Counted from the first letter of the stretch, positions 51,601 through 61,504 are shown. The stretch: DNA of 64,000 nt from Candidatus Eiseniibacteriota bacterium (GCA_020633975.1 JACKCR010000006.1:267873-331872), one strand, 5' to 3'. Notes: generated by a model from the letters alone, not told the origin. A program made the numbers and translations.

Positions 51601-52137
51601 ACCGCGGGTTCGGATCCTGTCGACGAGGGTGTCGCCTTTGAGCAGTTCCATCGTGATGAACCAGGCGTCGGAGCCGTTCAGTTCGTGTCGACCGACATCG
51701 TAGACCCGGCAGACGCAGGGGCTGGTGACCGTTCTGGCAAGCAGCACCTCTTGCTTCAGGCGACCGACCAGCTTGCGTTGATCGGCTCCTGTCGGACGGA
51801 TGGTCTTGAGGGCGACGCGGATCGAGAGGTCCAAGTCCTCGGCCTCGTAGACCCGGCCCATCCCCCCGACCCCGAGAATCCGCTCCACTCGGTACCTTCC
51901 GGCGATGACGTCACCGGGAAGGAACTCGGCTCCACCCTCGCGATGTGGGGGATCGTCTGCAGATGTCTCCTCGAAACTCGTCACGATCCGGAGGTGGTCG
52001 AGCTGGCTCTCAACGACGCGTCGCAGTTCCTCGTTGCCGGCACAGGACGCCTCGAGGAACTCTGCCTGTTCCGCATCGGAGAGTCGGACGAGTTCGTCCA
52101 GGATGTCCAGCGATTGCCTCGTGAGTTCCGTCGACAT
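48667..52137 (-). CDS. STAND-type Ser/Thr protein kinase: kinase domain + NB-ARC/AAA NTPase + TPR array (1156 aa)
   Basis: Kinase motifs GVGGMGRVYEA, VALK, HRDFKCGNVML, DFGIA, GTPAYMAPE. P-loop GFGGTGKTRLA. At least 8 TPRs (LNNLGNLARDLGDLETAVRRH etc). Confidence 0.8.
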   Translation of the reverse strand: MSTELTRQSLDILDELVRLSDAEQAEFLEASCAGNEELRRVVESQLDHLRIVTSFEETSADDPPHREGGAEFLPGDVIAGRYRVERILGVGGMGRVYEAEDLDLSIRVALKTIRPTGADQRKLVGRLKQEVLLARTVTSPCVCRVYDVGRHELNGSDAWFITMELLKGDTLVDRIRTRGPLGIEEATPYVADMATGLGAAHRCGVVHRDFKCGNVMLVPQGGRERAVITDFGIAQFTGREVPQPHGDSATTGGIVGTPAYMAPEQVLGQHVGPAADIYAFGIVLYEIVTGRLPFTGKTPMEAAWRRVSEDPRPARSLAPAIGERWDAVIAKCLRKEPTERFARVEQLLDALMGRGLEFTTEPTLADTSTIDETLSGADITRTNIPLPITKFVGRSESKAKLARLLEGSRFVTITGFGGTGKTRLALEVARDSLGTFTGGAWLVDLAAIADPDLVAQTVASTLGLKEAPGREWVDLLSEHVASRPCLLVLDNADRLLEPCARLSERLLGASPELRILVTSREALSISGESVFPLSNLGLPPEGMADPRALAETEAVELFVDRARAAHPGFVLSAQNAGDVAEICRRLDGIPLAVELAAVRVRTMTVARIASRLDQRFRLLGGGSRAGVPHHQTLRSLIDWSYEQLPPEDRTVLRHVGAFSGGFSVEAAERVCAAGGVDEWDVLDHLARLADKSLLEVHSSDQNPGVLRYGTLETVRDYASQLLMDSGEWKNAALAHCEFFADLAKEAQSFLLGPEQESWLVQLELELPNFRRALATSRSEPSIHELGLQIAGSLQVFWHLRGYWTEGRSLCEEFLRLCEDSPTPTRAEALKCASLLAAEQGHYQEARELLEACLAIYKATGDRAGVARAGVGLGDLAIRQHDLAGAKTLIEENLTVFRELGDKRGEARTLMLLGSVALRQGDKARANSWYEESLVVHRDAGDQIGVANVLNGLGNLARDLGDLETAVRRHSESLDMQRELGNRHGQGVVLNNLGVNFALLGKPLEARSHYEESLDILRQLGQQAAVAQVLNNLADVARELAEAERARELYRESLGIRHGLADRAGSANTIVGLTLLASLEEDWSRTAILLVANEAHRTESGVRLTPEDEAQLAEAESRLRSQVSRGEWDRLQAAGKELGFEQLVAYALGAGPEPLPR

Positions 52138-52217
52138 AGGGCGAGTCTAGCACTGGAGCTGGACCAGCTGACCCCGGAGTCTATCGAGGCACATGGAAGA
52201 CGGGTCGTGAAGGCCGG

Positions 52218-55200
52218 CTACTTGAGTAGCACGAACCGTCTCGTTCCGGAGAACTGCGGCGTTTCGAGAGCGTAGAAGTATACGCCGGAAGGCATCGCAA
52301 ATCCGGTGTCGCTCAGGCCATCCCAGTCCGCCGTGTACCGACCGGCCGCCTGGTTCGTCCCGTCCAAGAGCGTTCTCACGGCTCGGCCACTCACGTCGTA
52401 GACGACGAGGTTCACGTCGGTGGATTGAGCCAGGTCGTACCGGATCGCCGTCCCGACCGGGGAGGGGTTGGGACGCACAGGGTGCAGTGCGAACAGGAGC
52501 GGAATGTCCGAGGGGTCGCCGACATCGCTCGATTCGACCTGCTCCAGGACGACGTCCGTCGCGCTGTAGAGGGCGGTCGCGCCCTCGACCAGATCGAACT
52601 CCCCGGAACGGTTCGCAAACGTCATCACCTGGAACTGATCCGTCGGTTGGGGAACGAATCCACCCACGAGGGACGATACGAGCGATCCACCCAGCGAAGC
52701 GCCTCCGGTGACGACAACCCGGTCATACTGTTCGGGCGACGTTCCCCCCATCTCGACCTCGAGAGAGCCCATGGCGTTCTGGACGAAGTCTCCGTCGATC
52801 GTCAAGGTCCCGGGCTGACCCGCGTCGCCCGGTCGGATCGAGCCGCCATTCTCGACCGTTCCAGCTGTGACCATCCCGCTTCCCACGAGGTGGGAGCCTG
52901 AGCCGACGCTGAGGTAGGAGTTCGGAGAGTTGGCGTAGAGGAAGTGCCCCGAGGGCCCCAACAGCTCGATCGTACCGCTGCCCCAGAAGAAGGTTGCGCC
53001 CGAGAGAACCTCGAGGGTTTCCGTTCGAAGGGCGGCGCTCGCGCCTTGCAGAAAGAGGTCGCCGCTCTCGGTCCGGAGTGACCGTGCGGTGAGGGAGCCT
53101 CCGGTGATCGCCAGCACGGCAGAGCCGGCGTTGGGGGCGCGCACCACGATCTCGTCGGCTTCTGCGCCCGCTTGGTCGATCGTTACGAGGCCGCTGAGTA
53201 GGATGTCACTATCCTGATCAGGGATACCGGGTGGGTCCCAGCTCTCCGGAGTGAACCAGCTCGTCGAGCCGCCTCCGACGAACCGCTTGAGGTGGACGTC
53301 CTCCACGATGAGGTTGCAGGAGTCGCCGATCGTCTCCTGGCGAAGCTGTAGCCCAAAGGAGTCGACGACGTCGAACGCACCCGTGATCGTCGCGGCCTTG
53401 AGCACGGTAAACGTGTCGCCCACCGCCGGAATGAACCCGGACGGGTCGATGAGCCGGAAGTCGAGACGGCCTCCGAGTTCTGCGCCCTCGCTCACGTTCA
53501 CGAAATCGTAGCCGGTGCCCCTGCCGTACCCGCCGACTTCGCAGACGTAGGAAGCGCTCTCGTCGTTCTGGATGTAGATCCCGAGAATGTCGAGCGTCCC
53601 GGGTGACGATCCGGGACGCAGCTCTCCAGCGTTCGTGAGCGTCGATCCGAAGCCCCCTCCGGCCGCGCCGTTTCCGTTGAGGTCTCCACCGTCGATGTCG
53701 ATGGTCACGGCGTTCAGGAGTCCGCCGCCTTCGATTCGGGTCGTGCCTCCGAACTGCCGGAAGAGGTCGGTAGCGCCGTCGACCGTCCAGGTCGTTCCGG
53801 ATCCAACGGAGATGGTGCCGTAGTTGTCGAAGTCGGGAGTGACGAGTTCGACATCGTTCGCGACGAACGAGCCGGTGTTCTCCTCGAAGCTGGTGAGGGC
53901 GGTGCCGCCGCCCGGGGCCACGATGGCAGCCGTGGATCCGTCCAGCGTCACGTCCGCGAAGTTCTTCTGGATATCCGCGCCCGAGAACTCCAGCGTGTCG
54001 GCGATGATGAAGGTACCAAAGTCGAGGCTGTGGGCACCGGGCGTGAAGTTGTTGAGGTCGCCCGCTATGTTCAGCCTCCCTCCCAGGACTTCCAGAGTTC
54101 CGTGCGACCCGAAATCGACCTCGATCGTCGTCGATGCGGCAGACGTCTTGGACAGAATCCCGTCGTTGTCGAGCAGCGGCGCGCCACCGACGCCGCCGGT
54201 GACCCACTCGATGTCCCCACTACCGATGATGTCCAAAAGCCCGCCATTGTCGTTGGAGAGCCTCGTTCCCGCCTCCATGCGGATCGGTCCGTCGCCATCC
54301 CATGTCGCGGGTCCGGCGTTCTCGAGAGCGTGCCCGATCCGCAGCTCCTTGGGGTCGCTGCCGTCGATACTGAGGCCGCCCCCCGCCGTGGTCGTTCCCG
54401 GGCCCTGCAAGGTGCCGCCCGTCCAGAGCATCGGCCCCGAGACCTGCAGCGCTCCCGCGCAGGTGAGCTCGGCGCCCGCTTCGAGGATGAGAGAGTCGGA
54501 GAGCGAGCTATCCATGTCGATCTCGAGCGTGCCGCCGGTCAGCCGGAGATTCTCGAACCCGTTGAGGCTGTAGATCGACGTGGTTCCGGAGCTGAAGACG
54601 ACCTCCGAGGTCTCCTCTACGTCGGCAATGAGCACCGTGTCACCGAGGACGGGGGTCCGTGCCAGGTTCCAATTGTCCGGGTCGTGCCACGACACGGCGT
54701 CACCTAGTCCGTTCCACATGATGCTCGAGGAGAGGTCCGGGTCGACGCTCGAGAAGTAGTACGCTTTGCCTTCCTGGTAGTTGGGGTTCGAGAACCCGTG
54801 CGAGCCGAGAAGGATTCCGGAGGCGCCGAGGCCTAGGACGTCGCCTGACGGACCCACGGACGCACCGAATCTTGCGTCTACTTGCTCGCCCTCTGCCGTT
54901 GCAAACGGAGTACCTGAGACGCCATCGGGTCCGCCCTCGTAGACGAAGACCTTCCCGCCGTCGACATAGGTGCCGTCATAGCTCATTGCGTCGACGGCGA
55001 TGTCGTCGTATCCGTTCCCCGTTACGTCTCCGACTCCGGCGACAAAGCGGCCATATGCGGCGCCTTCCTGGTACCCCTGTCCAACCCAGGAGAACACCTG
55101 GTATGGCAGTCCAGTGCTTGATCCCGAGACGACGATGGCGATTCCCTCGCCTACAGTCGGAAGGCCGACCCCCGGCATTCCGATGATGATGTCGTCGTAC

Positions 55201-56267
55201 CCGTCCCCGTCGACATCACCCGCGGGCGCGACTGAGTAGCCGCAGTTTCCGCCCCCGTTGTTGATCCACCAGTACCAGTCCCAGCTCGTCGACACACCGG
55301 AGGGACCTCCGTAGTAGCAGAAGACACGACCGCTGTCCGCGCTCGTGTCATCGAACAGGGGCGCGCCGACGAGAACGTCGTCGTAGCCGTCGCCGTTCAC
55401 GTCTCCCGCAGACGAAACGGCGAAGCCCATCTGGGCTCCTGCCTGGTCCGCCTGGAGGACCGTCGGGCTGCCGGTGACGCCGCTGGCGCTTCCGTACCAG
55501 ACGAGGGCCCGTCCCTCGTTGAGCTCCGGGTAGTCAACGAAACGGGAGCCGACGATGATGTCGTCGAATCCGTCTCCGTTGAGGTCCCCCGCGCCGTCTA
55601 CGGCCCAGCCGAACCACTCTCCCGTCTGGGACGCTTCCAAAACCCAGTCGGGGGTCGAGGAGAGACCGGCCGGAGACCCATGGAACACCTGCACTCGCCC
55701 CGCATCGACGCCGACGGTGTCGAGTTGCGGCGTTCCGATGATGACGTCGTCGTAGCCGTCGTTGTTGACATCGCCCGCGGCCGCGACGATTCCGGCCCGC
55801 GCGCCGGCTTGTCCTCCCAGAAGGGTCCAGTCGGGGGTGGCTCCGAGTCCCCCGGCCGTCCCGAGATAGAGGAATGCGGCCCCCTCAGACGTCTCGTTGA
55901 AGCTGTACCCGTTGGCGCCGATCAGGACATCGTCGAAGCCATCACCGTTTACGTCCCCAACCGAGGCGACGCTGATGCCGAGGTAGGCGTTCGCTGTGCC
56001 CCCCTCGACGGTCCACTCCGGCGAATCGAAGAGTCCGGCTCCGCCGATACCGGCGCCTGCGCCGAGCGAGCCAACCTGAGTAGCGCCGGAAAGCGTGGCT
56101 GCGGTTCCGATGGTTACACCTGGAGTCCCTGGGTTGGCGGAGGCGGGGGCGCAACGGATGAACAGCACCGTTCCGATAGCGGCTGCCGTGGTGAGTAGGC
56201 GGATCGCGGGGGGCTGAGCTCCATGCGTGGAACGACGACCCAGCGAAGCCGAAACGTGAGATGTCAT
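52218..56267 (-). CDS. Giant secreted protein: 7x FG-GAP/integrin-alpha beta-propeller repeats + long beta-rich passenger region + Por/T9SS-type CTD (1349 aa)
   Basis: Repeated GDVNGDGFDDVLIG-type Ca-binding loops. C-terminus RPNPSPVGTAIRYDLAQSTDVNLVVYDVSGRAVRTL...SGVYFYALETPQFSGTRRFVLLK. Confidence 0.8.
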   Translation of the reverse strand: MTSHVSASLGRRSTHGAQPPAIRLLTTAAAIGTVLFIRCAPASANPGTPGVTIGTAATLSGATQVGSLGAGAGIGGAGLFDSPEWTVEGGTANAYLGISVASVGDVNGDGFDDVLIGANGYSFNETSEGAAFLYLGTAGGLGATPDWTLLGGQAGARAGIVAAAGDVNNDGYDDVIIGTPQLDTVGVDAGRVQVFHGSPAGLSSTPDWVLEASQTGEWFGWAVDGAGDLNGDGFDDIIVGSRFVDYPELNEGRALVWYGSASGVTGSPTVLQADQAGAQMGFAVSSAGDVNGDGYDDVLVGAPLFDDTSADSGRVFCYYGGPSGVSTSWDWYWWINNGGGNCGYSVAPAGDVDGDGYDDIIIGMPGVGLPTVGEGIAIVVSGSSTGLPYQVFSWVGQGYQEGAAYGRFVAGVGDVTGNGYDDIAVDAMSYDGTYVDGGKVFVYEGGPDGVSGTPFATAEGEQVDARFGASVGPSGDVLGLGASGILLGSHGFSNPNYQEGKAYYFSSVDPDLSSSIMWNGLGDAVSWHDPDNWNLARTPVLGDTVLIADVEETSEVVFSSGTTSIYSLNGFENLRLTGGTLEIDMDSSLSDSLILEAGAELTCAGALQVSGPMLWTGGTLQGPGTTTAGGGLSIDGSDPKELRIGHALENAGPATWDGDGPIRMEAGTRLSNDNGGLLDIIGSGDIEWVTGGVGGAPLLDNDGILSKTSAASTTIEVDFGSHGTLEVLGGRLNIAGDLNNFTPGAHSLDFGTFIIADTLEFSGADIQKNFADVTLDGSTAAIVAPGGGTALTSFEENTGSFVANDVELVTPDFDNYGTISVGSGTTWTVDGATDLFRQFGGTTRIEGGGLLNAVTIDIDGGDLNGNGAAGGGFGSTLTNAGELRPGSSPGTLDILGIYIQNDESASYVCEVGGYGRGTGYDFVNVSEGAELGGRLDFRLIDPSGFIPAVGDTFTVLKAATITGAFDVVDSFGLQLRQETIGDSCNLIVEDVHLKRFVGGGSTSWFTPESWDPPGIPDQDSDILLSGLVTIDQAGAEADEIVVRAPNAGSAVLAITGGSLTARSLRTESGDLFLQGASAALRTETLEVLSGATFFWGSGTIELLGPSGHFLYANSPNSYLSVGSGSHLVGSGMVTAGTVENGGSIRPGDAGQPGTLTIDGDFVQNAMGSLEVEMGGTSPEQYDRVVVTGGASLGGSLVSSLVGGFVPQPTDQFQVMTFANRSGEFDLVEGATALYSATDVVLEQVESSDVGDPSDIPLLFALHPVRPNPSPVGTAIRYDLAQSTDVNLVVYDVSGRAVRTLLDGTNQAAGRYTADWDGLSDTGFAMPSGVYFYALETPQFSGTRRFVLLK

Positions 56268-56700
56268 TATCAGGGCCCCTTGAAAGCGCGGCCGGTTCGT
56301 TGCGAACCGGACTTCCGGCGATTGGCGGTTGATTCGAGTTTACCGTGTAGCGCCGAACCCTCACACATCGGATCCGCCGTGCCCGGGAATGAGAAACGGG
56401 TCGAAGCCGGGACGACCGAGACCCAATGCCCCTTTGGAAGCCGCTCCCCTCATGGAGAATGCGTATGAGATGAGTGAATCCGGCAACACGGGAACCCCAA
56501 TGTTTGGAGCTCGGGCGCAATGGTACATATTGCAATAGCTTGCCGTAGTAGGTTCGCGGGCGAATCTTCTGTCCTCCTCGTGTTTCCGCTAGACTGTGAA
56601 GGCAAAATTCGAGTACGACTGCGAACCGCTGTGGTGGTGGCAGAAGATCCGAGGACTCCGAAGGAGAAGCCCAGCCAGCGGTTACGGCGGCGCCAACCTC

Positions 56701-57231
56701 ATGAGCGAAGAGCAGACGCAACAGCCCGGTCCGAAGGAGTCGTTCAGCGACCACTACGAGACGCTTCGCCGGATCGCGACCGAGTACATGCGGCGAGAAG
56801 GCGATCCGCAGACGCTCCAGGCCACGGAACTCCTTCATGAGGCATTTCTCCGCTTGTCCAGGTCGGGGGGCACGCCGTGGTCGGATGAGACCCACTTCCG
56901 TGCGATTGTCGCGCGCGTCATGCGACAGGTTCTCGTCGACCGCGCTCGGGCCCGAAAGACGGCGAAGCGTGGGCACTTGAAGCTGACCCTCGGTGTGGTG
57001 GACGGGGCCGTAGAGCCGGAGCTGACCCTCGACCTCATCGCCCTGGACACAGCCATCGAGAAGGTCGCGGCGATCGATTCTCGGGTCGCTCGGATGATCG
57101 AACTCCGATTCTTCGGCGGATTCCGTGTCGTCGAGTTGGCGCGGGAGTTCGGGATCTCCGAACGGGACGCCCGACGGGAGTGGGAGTGGGCACGAGCGGT
57201 GCTACGCGAGCAGCTCCAGAATCCGGAGTGA
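56701..57231 (+). CDS. ECF-type sigma factor of the kinase-associated (Sig-70_X6-like) group
   Basis: Region 2 (LLHEAFLRL) and region 4 (RMIELRFFGGFRVVELAREFGISERDARREW). Immediately upstream of a Ser/Thr kinase. The track ORF starts at 56596 but the conserved N-terminus aligns with ATG 56701. Confidence 0.7.
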   Translation: MSEEQTQQPGPKESFSDHYETLRRIATEYMRREGDPQTLQATELLHEAFLRLSRSGGTPWSDETHFRAIVARVMRQVLVDRARARKTAKRGHLKLTLGVVDGAVEPELTLDLIALDTAIEKVAAIDSRVARMIELRFFGGFRVVELAREFGISERDARREWEWARAVLREQLQNPE

Positions 57232-57235
57232 TGGT

Positions 57236-59734
57236 TTGGATCCCGGTCTCTACCACCGCGCGCGCGAGCTGTTCCTGGAAGTCCTCGATCTAGTGCCCGA
57301 CGATCGAGTCGAGCGGATCCGCGTCCAGTGCGCGGGCGAGCCGGCTCTCCAAGCCCTCGTACTTTCGCTGCTCGCGGGCCATGAGGCTGGTGGCGACAGT
57401 ATCGAGGGTGGGCTTCTCGCCCGCGCCCTCGAGCCCGAGTTCCGGTCCTTTCCGCTCCCCAAACGCGTGGGCCGATTCGAACTCGGCGCGGAGATCGGGC
57501 GCGGCGGTATGGGCGTCGTGTTCCGAGCCGAGGATCCTGCACGTGGCGAGGAGGTAGCGGTCAAACTTCTCCGTCCGGAGCTCGTGTCCGACACGACGCT
57601 CCGCCGGTTCGAGCGGGAAGCTGCGGCACTCTCCCAGCTCGAGCATTCCGGAATCGTACGGCACATAGAGGTCGGCACCTACGCGTCGGGAGACATGGAC
57701 GTTCCGTACCTCGCGATGGAGTGGGTCGATGGCATGTCGATTCTCGCGCATGCCGCCAGCACGAGGCTCACGGCAGCACTGCGGCTCACCCTCCTCGTCG
57801 AAGTGGCCGAAGCGATGACGTTCGCCCATTCACGCGGCTTCGTTCACCGAGACCTCAAACCCGCGAACATCCTGATCGACTCCTCCGGACAGCCACGTGT
57901 GCTCGACTTCGGGATCGCGTCCGATCTCGGGGTCGATACGACCAGGCTCACGTCCACGGGCCAAGTCATGGGGACCGTCTCCTACATGAGCCCGGAACAG
58001 GCCGCGGGAAAGGCGTCGGCCGTCGATGGGCGGACCGACGTCTGGGCCCTCGCAAAGATAGGGTTCGAACTCCTGGCGGAAGCGCCGCCCTTCGATGTGC
58101 CGGCGACATCGATGGGGGATGCATTCGCCGCCGTCTTGTCTGCGCGCCCGTCTCTTCTGGGAGACGTGGCGGCTCAGTATCGAGGGACGCCGATCGAGCG
58201 AGTCTTGCGCCGTGCGCTGGAGCCGGCCCGGGAGGATCGCTATGCCTCCATGTCCGACTTCCTCTACGACCTGAAGCTCGCGCAGGTCGGGATGGCACCG
58301 GAGATCGCAGGCCGAGGGAGGGCCTCGCGTGCGCTACGAAGGCTGCGGCGGTCCCGCACCCGCCTCGCTCTCGTCGGCGTGGCTCTCGCTCTCATCGTGG
58401 TGGCCGTCGTCCAGGGCGTGGGGATGCTGCAACGGTCCAGAGCCGAAGTACGGGACATCGATGCTCGCTACGAGGCGCTCTACCAAGTGGTCGATGAAGC
58501 TGAACAGCTCTTCGCAGAGGGGGGCCGGTCAGAGGACCGTGTCACGGCGGCGATCGCGAAGTTCGAGGAAGCGAAGGACCTGCTCCGATTCCTGCCGGAA
58601 CGCCCGGAGCGTCAGGTGCTCTTCCGTCTCGTGTTCTTCCGTCTCGGTACCACCCACATGGTGCGCGCCGGTCGGAACCACTCCTATGACGATCTGCTCG
58701 CCGCGTCGCAAGCACTCGAGTGGTGCCTGGCCGTAGCTCCGTCTCCCGAGGGATTCGCGGCCGTTGCGGCGCTGGACTCGACGCACACCTGGCGCCAAGC
58801 TGCGATCGATGAGTCTCCCATTCCTCTCTTCGCGACGGCATCGGGCGTGTACCGAGATCTGGCCCGGTACCGGACCCCGCGAGCGTACCTGTCACGCGCA
58901 AAGGAACTCGATCTGCTCGGCTTCCATGCCTTGGCGGAGTTCAACGGATGGACCTTTCGTGACCCGCTCTCACTGCCGGGACGGGGACTCCAGTTCCTGC
59001 TCCTGCACAGCCAGGCGCGGAATCTGCTCATGGAGGCGGACCTGACGGGGGATGCGTCCTTCGTAGACGAAGCTCTGCTCTACCTTCGCAAGGCCGCGAT
59101 CACGGTTGGCGACGCCCCGTCTCCTCGGGGCTCGATTCTCGCATCGATCGGAGATGCGTATGCGCTCCGTGGTCGGCTGACCCAGAGTGCAGCCGACTTC
59201 GACTCCGCAGAGGTTCGCCGGATCGAAGTACTGGGCCTGGCTCCGGAGAGTCGAAGTCGAGTCTTGCACGGTTGGCGGTGTCTCGCCGCAGCGGAAGGTC
59301 GTCTCGACCGAGCAGAGACGTTGAACGCCGCACTGGTGGAACCGGTCGAAGTGGGCCGGTGGGTCGAGAAGGCCGGCCAGATCGTCGCCGCCGATGCCGA
59401 CAGTGTCGGCCTCTCGGAAGTGGCTGTCGTTCGCGCCAAGCTCGTACGAGTGACATGGAGTTCGTGTTCAGAGTTGGAGCTCGCGGCCGATCTGCTTAGC
59501 GGGGCGCAGACTCCACTTCGGTCGGCTGGGCTCTCTCTCGCGTCTGCGCGGGTCGCATTCGAAGAGGCTAAGACACTTGCAATGCTCGCCAGCTGCCCCA
59601 CGGATCCCACGTCGCGCGCTGCGGCCGGCGTTGAAGCCCGGATCCGGATTAGGGAAGTGCTCGAGTCGGTGCATCCCGATGACTGGCCCCGATTGCATCG
59701 GGAGGCATACAGCGTACTCGCTGAGCTCGAGTGA
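57236..59734 (+). CDS. Membrane Ser/Thr protein kinase with large C-terminal extracytoplasmic domain
   Basis: Kinase motifs GRGGMGVVFRA, VAVK, HRDLKPANILI, DFGIA, SYMSPEQ. TM LALVGVALALIVVAVVQGV. Start uncertain (TTG 57236, 5 nt after the sigma stop). Confidence 0.7.
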   Translation: MDPGLYHRARELFLEVLDLVPDDRVERIRVQCAGEPALQALVLSLLAGHEAGGDSIEGGLLARALEPEFRSFPLPKRVGRFELGAEIGRGGMGVVFRAEDPARGEEVAVKLLRPELVSDTTLRRFEREAAALSQLEHSGIVRHIEVGTYASGDMDVPYLAMEWVDGMSILAHAASTRLTAALRLTLLVEVAEAMTFAHSRGFVHRDLKPANILIDSSGQPRVLDFGIASDLGVDTTRLTSTGQVMGTVSYMSPEQAAGKASAVDGRTDVWALAKIGFELLAEAPPFDVPATSMGDAFAAVLSARPSLLGDVAAQYRGTPIERVLRRALEPAREDRYASMSDFLYDLKLAQVGMAPEIAGRGRASRALRRLRRSRTRLALVGVALALIVVAVVQGVGMLQRSRAEVRDIDARYEALYQVVDEAEQLFAEGGRSEDRVTAAIAKFEEAKDLLRFLPERPERQVLFRLVFFRLGTTHMVRAGRNHSYDDLLAASQALEWCLAVAPSPEGFAAVAALDSTHTWRQAAIDESPIPLFATASGVYRDLARYRTPRAYLSRAKELDLLGFHALAEFNGWTFRDPLSLPGRGLQFLLLHSQARNLLMEADLTGDASFVDEALLYLRKAAITVGDAPSPRGSILASIGDAYALRGRLTQSAADFDSAEVRRIEVLGLAPESRSRVLHGWRCLAAAEGRLDRAETLNAALVEPVEVGRWVEKAGQIVAADADSVGLSEVAVVRAKLVRVTWSSCSELELAADLLSGAQTPLRSAGLSLASARVAFEEAKTLAMLASCPTDPTSRAAAGVEARIRIREVLESVHPDDWPRLHREAYSVLAELE

Positions 59735-59806
59735 CCCCGGTCTGGCGATCGCAAGTCCCGGTAGTGCGGGGGGCGATCGTCTGACCAGCCCATATGCTAT
59801 GCTCGG

Positions 59807-60808
59807 TTGCGCCGACCGGGAGGTGTGTACAGGATCCGACAGATGGGAGTGGGGACCATGGAATCCAAGATTCGGGACCGTTCCTTTCGTTCTCAGTCGT
59901 TCTCCCTCGGTTCGCTTCCTTTCGTCGCCGACCGTTCCTCGCGACCAGTGGAGCCATCGATCCTGGTGCACACCTCGCTTCTGATGCTCACCGGTGTCTT
60001 GCTGGTTCTCATCGCCTCTGCACCCGCTCGGTCTGCCTCCCCACCTGCGACCGGCGCTTGCTGCCTTCCAGGCGACACCTGCCTCCTCTTGGGAGACTTC
60101 GAGTGCGACGCTCAGGGAGGTGAGTTTGCCGGAGAGGGGACGACCTGCGATCCGACACCCTGCTTCGGAGCGTGCTGTGTCCCCACCGGCGGATGTGAGA
60201 TGTACTCCGAGTTGGAGTGCTTCTCTCAGGAAGGCGAGTTCTCCGGGTACTTGGAGGATTGCGTTCCGGAGCTTTGCCCCGAGGGTGGCCTGTGCTGCGT
60301 CCCAGAGGGGTGCTGGTGGCTCACCTACGATGCGTGCCGAGACGTGGACGGCGAGCCCTTGGGAGTAGAGGGTGCTTGTCAGTGGTGCCGGGGCGCCTGT
60401 TGTCTCGCTGACGGCACGTGTCTCGAGCTCTTCGAGGCGGATTGTGACGCGGCTGGCGGTGCGTTCGAGGGCATCCTCACCGACTGCGGACCGGAGTCTT
60501 GTGCGTCGGCAGACGTGCATGAACCCTCCGCGCGCGTCGCCCCGACACTCTCTATCTTCCCCAACCCGGCCAGCTCGGAAGTGACCTTCATGATCTCGTC
60601 TCAGAGTTCGCGGCGGGGACGGTTGCGGCTCGTCGACACCTCTGGGCGGATCGCCTGGTCGTGCACGGTTGACGCTGGACCGGGGGTACAGGAGATCACG
60701 ACTCCCGTCGGGAACGATTCGGGTTCGCCTGTGCCGGCCGGTGTCTACTACGTGCTCGTCTCGCTCGGGGATGCCCAGGTCGCCGGGCGATTCGTCGTCA
60801 GCCGCTGA
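59807..60808 (+). CDS. Secreted Cys-rich repeat protein (same GACC...C...GG..G....C repeat family as 19583..22768) with Por/T9SS-type CTD
   Basis: Five Cys-rich repeats (GACCLPGDTCLLLGDFECDAQGGEFAGEGTTCDPTPC...). C-terminus TLSIFPNPASSEVTFMI...LVDTSGRIAWSCTV...AGVYYVLVSLGDAQVAGRFVVSR. Start likely ATG 59858 or a later codon. Confidence 0.65.
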   Translation: MRRPGGVYRIRQMGVGTMESKIRDRSFRSQSFSLGSLPFVADRSSRPVEPSILVHTSLLMLTGVLLVLIASAPARSASPPATGACCLPGDTCLLLGDFECDAQGGEFAGEGTTCDPTPCFGACCVPTGGCEMYSELECFSQEGEFSGYLEDCVPELCPEGGLCCVPEGCWWLTYDACRDVDGEPLGVEGACQWCRGACCLADGTCLELFEADCDAAGGAFEGILTDCGPESCASADVHEPSARVAPTLSIFPNPASSEVTFMISSQSSRRGRLRLVDTSGRIAWSCTVDAGPGVQEITTPVGNDSGSPVPAGVYYVLVSLGDAQVAGRFVVSR

Positions 60809-60862
60809 TCGCCCCCCTCGGACGGCGCCGGATAGCGCTCGTCCGGATTCCACCCCGCGCCT

Positions 60863-61504
60863 CTACCGAACGACGACCCGTGGAATGGCCGGGGGAAGTC
60901 GGCTCACGAACTCGTTGTTGAGTACGTTCGTGAACTCCGAGAACGATCGGATGCTGATCGTGTTGTTCTTCTGCTTGCCGACCAGGACGAGTTCGTCGCC
61001 GGGGACGGGGTCGTCTCCTTCGATCCGAAGTTCCGCATCGTTGACGCGTTGAAAGAATCGCTGCACGGCTTCTCTCGAGTCGACTTCCTCGAACACGCCG
61101 ACGCGGATGCCGCTCAGCTGGGCCTTGCGCTTCATCATCGCCTTGTCTCGGAAGAGAAGCGAGCGGTTGAAGGCGCGGGGGTCGCCCGAGAAGCGGGAGT
61201 TGAGTGCCCCTGCCCACTCGACGCACTCCTCGTAGAGAGGAATGGCTAGACGAGCGCCCATTCCTTGGAGCTGTGTGAAGAGGTCCGTGGAGTTCTCATT
61301 CCTCTTGTCGAAGCGCCAGGTGACGGTGCGGATCCCGTCGGCTTCTAGCCCTGTTTCGAATCCAGGAGGGACGACGGCGATGGAGTCGAGGCCTAGAGCC
61401 TCCGCTGCTTCGAATGCCTGGACGCTGTATCCGAGGAGTGCGACCGGACCCGACCGCGAGGAGACGCGGACTTGGGGCCGGGGTTCGTGGTCGTTTTGGG
61501 TCAT
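60863..61504 (-). CDS. Hypothetical cytoplasmic protein (213 aa) resembling the N-terminal pre-ATP-grasp region of ATP-grasp enzymes
   Basis: ATG 61504..61502 with AGGAG 8 nt upstream. No signal peptide. VALLGYSVQAFEAAEALGLDSIAVVPPGF. Confidence 0.4.
   Translation of the reverse strand: MTQNDHEPRPQVRVSSRSGPVALLGYSVQAFEAAEALGLDSIAVVPPGFETGLEADGIRTVTWRFDKRNENSTDLFTQLQGMGARLAIPLYEECVEWAGALNSRFSGDPRAFNRSLLFRDKAMMKRKAQLSGIRVGVFEEVDSREAVQRFFQRVNDAELRIEGDDPVPGDELVLVGKQKNNTISIRSFSEFTNVLNNEFVSRLPPAIPRVVVR

Noticed and set aside
56596-56700. N-terminal 35-aa extension of the ECF sigma ORF (MKAKFEYDCEPLWWWQ...)
   Set aside because: Not sigma-like; conserved region-2 alignment and typical length favour ATG 56701.
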